In this document: piece after piece, positions 60,101 to 64,000 of the stretch
How positions within the stretch are numbered: the stretch's first letter is position 1
How the letters are laid out: each line of letters starts with the position of its first letter
DNA from: Planctomycetota bacterium
GTDB lineage: Bacteria > Planctomycetota > B15-G4 > SIAN01
NCBI GenBank assembly: GCA_031409275.1
Contig: JANNXA010000040.1
Span: forward strand, 64,001-128,000
Direction: 5' to 3'
Length of the DNA stretch: 64,000 bases
Translations under genes and position numbers: made by a program
The notes under the pieces: model-generated
Told to the model about the DNA's origin: nothing
Database searches by the model: none
Seen by the model: only the letters and a program-made list of their open reading frames with translations

Positions 60101-60204
60101 GACGCTGAGGCGGGCCGTTGCGAATCCTGCGCCGCGCTCACCGTGGCGAACGGAGCGACGAGCAGCGCGGTGAACAGAGCGCCGGCGCGGAAGCGGAGTC
60201 TCAT
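57103..60204 (-). CDS. Exported TPR-repeat protein with central gluzincin (peptidase MA-like) domain
   Basis: Signal peptide; TPRs on both sides of VHELAHV...VPRWLTEGISVHEE...GYYQG. Confidence 0.87.
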   Translation of the reverse strand: MRLRFRAGALFTALLVAPFATVSAAQDSQRPASASAQETADDLAELKSYEAAIARGQLGRDTAEPLDEYLADFPGSVRALTLRATLARRRGRYEDAAADVALARAGTFVDRFAKVAWSIAAFDLAVERGDTDAAQSALEFGIDGSEAQDRAVAPLHSRLVILMVGSGRRAAAADHFARTLKDTPEAATDPAYALESARALVALRQHERAAEQLVALDRYFRDKSDPRHADVLFLLGRTYRVGHSGGDNLPAIAVLRDALGLDRANVPAQVELARARIFRYESGEADEAIKEALVTNERHPDAWAVRGEILLFDQRAAEGLDAAERALRENPRHAAARSVQAAALWVLGRKPEAQKVLAALVEQQPDDGEHVGRFADILAYLYRFREAIPLYRRSLQNDPTWSYSWVGLARCLVNTGDLRGAIDAMKEFRRTDRVPYALADNVSIALQRLAGFVELRRGTFTYVMHPLDAPVLVPVLEEAYGRAWPDLCKRWEFDPRREVRIECFPRHPDFSARTVGFTGFGALGVCFGDVFTLLSPRSEFRGQFEFDKTAVHELAHVVTLGLSKNKVPRWLTEGISVHEEHIYAPTGDREMDLDLYNYWHSGEIVPVRELNRVFGGPKILFGYYQGGLLCDFLVELRGEAVLVEMLRQFADDAETPGAVQSVLGMSCEELDRQFLAWLERTKIAAMKVQPTYTEAGRRRLLDRVRAQEVAPADLLAQVAWAYHAAGRPVDRDDFLNQALARDAKLPAAHFLLAERALQGRRTDEALREFEVGLAAGGEEFFALLRYSQLLASKEGLGGRRPGAAHGGAPSPPPGATAEAAVDGDPKSELDAAGKAVRERLLDLLLRARTCFPRFVGENNPYLLRARLLRELDREDESFLELEAFCEIDGSDVQARQLLARRALEREEWSGAARWLQDLRMIDPFNREVWRDLARCERQLKEPARALALLEVALQIDPSTEADYDPARAAAAAGADGNGDPAEARERAEILLDIGELRAQAGERELALQAVEEARKLAPDLPRIEALERSIAGG

Positions 60205-60217
60205 GCGGGTCTGCTCC

Positions 60218-60682
60218 TCAAGCGTCCCGACGCGGCTGAAAGGAGCCGGGGTCGCCGACCCAGGCCGTGCCGTCGCGGAACTCCTCCTGCTTCCAGATCG
60301 GGGCTTTCGTCTTGAGGGTGTCGATCACCTCGCGGCATGCCGCGAACGCCTCGCCGCGATGCGGGGCAGCGACGACCACCGCCACCGAAGCTTCGCCAAG
60401 CGGACAATCGCCGAGTCGGTGCATCACCGCCACTTTCGCCCCTGCAAACCGCGCCTGCGCCGCCGCGACGATCTCTGCGATCACCCGATCGGCCATCTCG
60501 GGGTACGCCTCGTAGCGCAGGAGGTTCACCTCCTTGCCTTCCGAGTGGCGGCGAGCGGTGCCGAGGAAGGTGCAGATCGCCCCCGCTTCGACATCGGCTA
60601 CCTGCGCGGTCAGTGCGCCGACGTCGATCGGCGCTCGAGTCAGGTGGTGCCACTGCTTCCGCGCATCGGGCGCAACCGTCAT
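60218..60682 (-). CDS. moaE: Molybdopterin synthase catalytic subunit
   Basis: GAICTFLGTAR, LRYEAYPEMA, HRLG, AAPHRGEAF, IDTLKTKAPIWKQE. Confidence 0.96.
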   Translation of the reverse strand: MTVAPDARKQWHHLTRAPIDVGALTAQVADVEAGAICTFLGTARRHSEGKEVNLLRYEAYPEMADRVIAEIVAAAQARFAGAKVAVMHRLGDCPLGEASVAVVVAAPHRGEAFAACREVIDTLKTKAPIWKQEEFRDGTAWVGDPGSFQPRRDA

Positions 60683-60718
60683 CTTCGTCCCTCGCACCGC
60701 GATCCGCTCGGCGCGCGC

Positions 60719-60961
60719 TCAGCCGCCGGAGAGCGGTGGCAGCAGCGCGACTTCATCCCCATCTGAAAGCACTTCGTCGGCACGCACGACGGCCTGGTTG
60801 CGCGCGACCACGTACGGCACGGAGCGCAGGAACGGATGGTCGCGCTCGAGCCGCTGCACGAGCGCACCGACCGTGAGTGGCGCCTCCAGATCGAGCAGCG
60901 GCCACTCCCTCGTGCCGGCTCGCTCCGCGATGCCGGCGAAGAGCAGCACGCGCAAGTTCAC
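60719..60961 (-). CDS. moaD: Molybdopterin synthase sulfur carrier
   Basis: VLLFAGIAERAG...GDEVALLPPLSGG with C-terminal di-Gly; adjacent to moaE. Confidence 0.95.
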   Translation of the reverse strand: MNLRVLLFAGIAERAGTREWPLLDLEAPLTVGALVQRLERDHPFLRSVPYVVARNQAVVRADEVLSDGDEVALLPPLSGG

Positions 60962-60982
60962 GATCGACGCTCCATGGCCCGC

Positions 60983-61465
60983 TCAGAACGGCAGGTCGTC
61001 TTCCTGCGTCTGGGCCGGCGGGGCGTCATGGCGCATGGCGCCACCGCCACCACCGCCGCCGCCGTCGAACGACTCCGAAGGCGGACCACCCTGGTCGCCC
61101 TCGTCGTTGGTCGTCGTGCGGCCACCCCCACCCGCGGCACCGCCGCCGAGGAACTGGAAGTTGTCCGCCACGACGCGCATGGTCGTCCGTTTCTGGCCCT
61201 GTTTGTCGGTCCAGTCGTTCTGCTGCAGGCGTCCTTCGATGAAGAGTTCACGCCCCTTGGTGACGTACTTCTTCACCGTCTCCGCGCCGCGCCCGAAGAC
61301 GCTGACGTCGATGTAGAGGACCTCTTCCTTCTTCTCTTCCTTGCTGCGGTAGGTGTGGTTGACCGCCATGCGCAGTTGCGCGACGGCCATCCCCGCCGGC
61401 GTGTAGCGCAGCTCAGGGTCCTTGGTGAGGCGTCCGATCAGCAGGATCTTGTTCAGCTCGGCCAT
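60983..61465 (-). CDS. ssb: Single-stranded DNA-binding protein
   Basis: NKILLIGRLTKDPELRYT, IEGRLQ..W, Gly-rich linker, acidic tail DDLPF. Confidence 0.97.
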   Translation of the reverse strand: MAELNKILLIGRLTKDPELRYTPAGMAVAQLRMAVNHTYRSKEEKKEEVLYIDVSVFGRGAETVKKYVTKGRELFIEGRLQQNDWTDKQGQKRTTMRVVADNFQFLGGGAAGGGGRTTTNDEGDQGGPPSESFDGGGGGGGGAMRHDAPPAQTQEDDLPF

Positions 61466-61567
61466 GGCCGTCGCTCCTTGAAGTCGCGGGATCTTACGAG
61501 GCGCCGCCCAAACTGCTTCAGCCTGCCGCGTCCGGATGCCGAAAGCCCGCGGACGAGGCGTCTACCG

Positions 61568-61945
61568 ATGCACGGCCCTCCCGACAGGAATCGTCGTTCG
61601 CCGGTGCCGGTGACGGCCGCCGCGGTGGCGCCACGTCCGGAGGGACCCGCCGAGCTGCGCGAGCTGACGGCGGCAGGGCTTCGCTGCCGGACCGAGTCGC
61701 CCTGGCGTGAACTCACGCGAGTCCGGCTTGCGCTGCGAGTTCCGCAGGGCCCGGCGACGACGCCGACCTTCGAGCAGATCGAGGTGGAGGGCGTCGTCGT
61801 CGGCTGCGAACCGCTGCCGGGCGCGGAGAGTCGTTTCGACGTCGTGCTGATGTTCGATCGCCTCGGGCCGCGCGGGCGCGAGCGCCTCGTCGCGCGCGTG
61901 GCGCCCGCGCTCCACGAGGGCGCGCTCACGGGCGCCGGCCGCTGA
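61568..61945 (+). CDS. Small PilZ-like domain protein (degenerate motifs)
   Basis: DRNRRSP...ELTAAGLR...IEVEGVVVGCE...VVLMFDRL...RERL resembles a single PilZ barrel; divergent from ssb, overlaps the prmC 3' end by 20 bp. Confidence 0.55.
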   Translation: MHGPPDRNRRSPVPVTAAAVAPRPEGPAELRELTAAGLRCRTESPWRELTRVRLALRVPQGPATTPTFEQIEVEGVVVGCEPLPGAESRFDVVLMFDRLGPRGRERLVARVAPALHEGALTGAGR

Positions 61946-62768
61946 CCACACGACCGATCGAGGCGAGGTCGTTGTGCACGGCAACCTCCCGCCATCCGCT
62001 CGCACGCATCTGATCGCGCGCCACGCCCGCCTGACCGGCGCCGACCTCGATCGCGAGCCAACCACCCGGCACGACGCGCGCCGCCGACTGCTCGATCAAG
62101 CGGTTTCGAAACGAAGCGGCGCTCTCCAGCCCCGGCGTCAGCGCGAACCACGGTTCGAACTTCTGGATCTCGGCCGGCAGCGCGGGCCAATCGAGCGGCT
62201 CGACGTACGGAGGATTGGCGACGACGCCGTCGAAACACGGTCGCGCCGCGATTCCATTGAACAGGTCGCTGCGAACCGCGTGGACGCGTTGCTCGACTCC
62301 ATGCGCCTTGGCGTTGTGCCGCGTGCAGCGCAGCGCATGCACGGAGAGGTCGAGCGCGACCATCGACAACCCGGCGCCGACTTCCGCGGCCAAGGTCACC
62401 GCGAGGATGCCGCTGCCGCTGCCGACGTCGGCACAGCGACCGCGCGGTCGGAACGCCAACGCGACTTCGATCAGCGTTTCGCTGTCCGGGCGCGGGACCA
62501 ACACCCCGGGGCGCACCGCGAAACGGCGCCCGTAGAACTCGCGTTCGCCGAGCAACAGCGCCATCGGCTCGCCGGCCAATCGGCGCACGGCGAGGCGGCA
62601 CGCCGACGCGACCACCGGCGGCGTCGCCACTTCGCGACCGCGCACGATCAGTCGTTCGCGCGCGAACCCGGCGGCCGCGGCGACCAGCATCTCGGCCTCG
62701 AGCGCCGGCGAATCGACCTGGCCGCGCAACCGCTCCCGCAGGCGCGCGGCCAGGTCATCGAGCGTCAT
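61926..62768 (-). CDS. prmC: Release factor glutamine methyltransferase
   Basis: RRLAGEPMA.LLG.REFYG, VLVPRPDSETL, DVGSGSG, ANPPYV, EVGAGQ. Confidence 0.95.
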   Translation of the reverse strand: MTLDDLAARLRERLRGQVDSPALEAEMLVAAAAGFARERLIVRGREVATPPVVASACRLAVRRLAGEPMALLLGEREFYGRRFAVRPGVLVPRPDSETLIEVALAFRPRGRCADVGSGSGILAVTLAAEVGAGLSMVALDLSVHALRCTRHNAKAHGVEQRVHAVRSDLFNGIAARPCFDGVVANPPYVEPLDWPALPAEIQKFEPWFALTPGLESAASFRNRLIEQSAARVVPGGWLAIEVGAGQAGVARDQMRASGWREVAVHNDLASIGRVVSGRRP

Positions 62769-62784
62769 CTCGCGACCGCTTCGA

Positions 62785-63396
62785 TCAGCGGCGACGCGTC
62801 GCCGGAGCGGGGGCCGGAGCCTTCTTCTTGCCAGAGCCCAGCATCGCGCCGATGAAGCTGATCACGAAGAAGGTCGATCCGACCATCACCAGCAACCAAC
62901 CCGGTCCGATGTGCGTGAACGCCGAGTTCCAGAAGCGGACATCGGTCCACGCGGCGCCGGGCATCGAGGTGGCTGGATGAAGCAGGTCCTTGTCCTTCCA
63001 GTCGAAGGTGAGTTTCGCGGCGAATCCGGGCACGACCGCGGCCCAGGAACCGATGGCGATCAGCAGCATCACCAGCAACGGCCAGAGCTTCACGCGGCGG
63101 AACTTCATGCACCACCAGTACTGCGCCGCGATCAGCACGCCGGCGAATCCGATCAGCGCGCCGTAGAAGGTCTGCGTTCCCGCCGGCCCGACGAGGGTGC
63201 GGTTGAAGACATCGGCCTTCCACTCGGGATGCGCGGAGGTGAAGGGGAAGATCGTCCCGATCACGCAAGCCATCGCGCACCAGAAGAAGCGATAGAGGCG
63301 CGGGTCGGCGGGCTGCGGACCCGACGGTGCGTACATCGGCGGCGGCGCGGCGGCTGGTGCCGCCGTTTCGACTTCCTGAAATTCCTCAGCGCTCAT
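62785..63396 (-). CDS. Hypothetical membrane protein (about 4 TM helices)
   Basis: Four hydrophobic segments, acidic/Pro N-terminus, basic C-terminal tail; lies co-directionally between prfA and prmC. Confidence 0.75.
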   Translation of the reverse strand: MSAEEFQEVETAAPAAAPPPMYAPSGPQPADPRLYRFFWCAMACVIGTIFPFTSAHPEWKADVFNRTLVGPAGTQTFYGALIGFAGVLIAAQYWWCMKFRRVKLWPLLVMLLIAIGSWAAVVPGFAAKLTFDWKDKDLLHPATSMPGAAWTDVRFWNSAFTHIGPGWLLVMVGSTFFVISFIGAMLGSGKKKAPAPAPATRRR

Positions 63397-63474
63397 TCGT
63401 GGCCTCTCTGCAGATTGGCCAGCGAACTGGCCGTGGGTGTGGCATCTGTCGCGGCGCGCGCACGCGCGACCGGT

Positions 63475-64000
63475 TCACTCGTCCATCGCCGCGTCGGGCG
63501 CGGCACGATCATGCTCGTTGGCGGGCGTCCCGTCGAGCGTCCCGCGGCGCTCGAGCGCATCGAGCCGATGCTTGAGTTCGTGACGCTTGCAGGCGGTGAT
63601 GACCTCCTCGCAGTCGCCGTCGAGGAGCGTCGGCAGGTCGTGGAAGCTCTCCTTGATGCGATGGTCGGTCAGGCGGTCCTGCGGGAAGTTGTAGGTCCGG
63701 ATCTTCTCGCTGCGCTCGCCGGTGCCGATCTGCTCGCGACGGTCGCTCGCCCGCTCCCGATGGAGCTTCTGCTGCTGCAGTTCGAAGAGCCGTGAGCGCA
63801 GCGTTCGCATCGCCTTGGAACGGTTGCGGCTCTGGCTGCGTTCGTCCTGGCAGATCACCACGAGCCCGCTCGGCACGTGGGTGATCCGGATCGCCGATGA
63901 CGTCTTGTTGACCGCCTGACCACCCGGTCCTCCCGAGCGGAAGATGTCGACCTTGAGGTCCCCTTCGTTGAGATCGACCTCGACCTCCTCCGGCTCGGGC
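63475..64000 (-). CDS. prfA: Peptide chain release factor 1 (5' part outside window)
   Basis: DLKVDIFRSGGPGGQAVNKTSSAIRITH, QDERSQ, GTGERSEKIRTYNFPQDRLTDHRI; upstream of prmC. Confidence 0.93.
   Translation of the reverse strand, partial: PEPEEVEVDLNEGDLKVDIFRSGGPGGQAVNKTSSAIRITHVPSGLVVICQDERSQSRNRSKAMRTLRSRLFELQQQKLHRERASDRREQIGTGERSEKIRTYNFPQDRLTDHRIKESFHDLPTLLDGDCEEVITACKRHELKHRLDALERRGTLDGTPANEHDRAAPDAAMDE

Noticed and set aside
57103..61465. MoaD + peptidase + ssb as a ubiquitin-like conjugation or defence system
   Set aside because: MoaD is paired with a canonical MoaE; no E1/E2 or JAB protein is present, and the peptidase is exported.

Overview
High-GC bacterial chromosomal segment, most likely Planctomycetota: it carries a PVC-type CxxCH heme/dehydrogenase protein and a Verrucomicrobia/Planctomycetes-restricted small protein. 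About 52 densely packed CDSs, mostly on the minus strand. No mobile element, CRISPR, rRNA or tRNA was recognised. Left end: rpsA (partial), plsC, cmk, lpxH and a sigma-54 response regulator. About 5.3-36.6 kb is an exosortase-associated exopolysaccharide/envelope locus: FemAB-like protein, two GT2s, a divergently transcribed degenerate histidine kinase and 1444-aa TPR protein, FAD oxidoreductase, polysaccharide deacetylase, EpsI, exosortase, four GT4s, AsnB-type amidotransferase, PCP/Wzc-like and Wza-like exporters, rfbBDA, and epimerases, dehydrogenase and decarboxylase for nucleotide sugars. The right half holds housekeeping genes (accCB, efp, asd, mog, moaC, holB, ricT, a divergent transketolase, moaDE, ssb, prmC, partial prfA). 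It also holds a HEAT-repeat S41 protease, a kelch-propeller secreted protein with a distinctive C-terminal domain, a degenerate DnaA paralog, a TPR-gluzincin and a candidate structured ncRNA (6S-like). Most notable: (i) a planctomycete version of the PEP-CTERM/exosortase system with no visible substrate in the window and a catalytically degenerate kinase; (ii) a candidate alternative C-terminal sorting domain; (iii) several apparent pseudoenzymes (GT2 without DxD, DnaA without arginine finger/sensor II/box-recognition motif). All calls come from motif recognition by eye; no searches were run.
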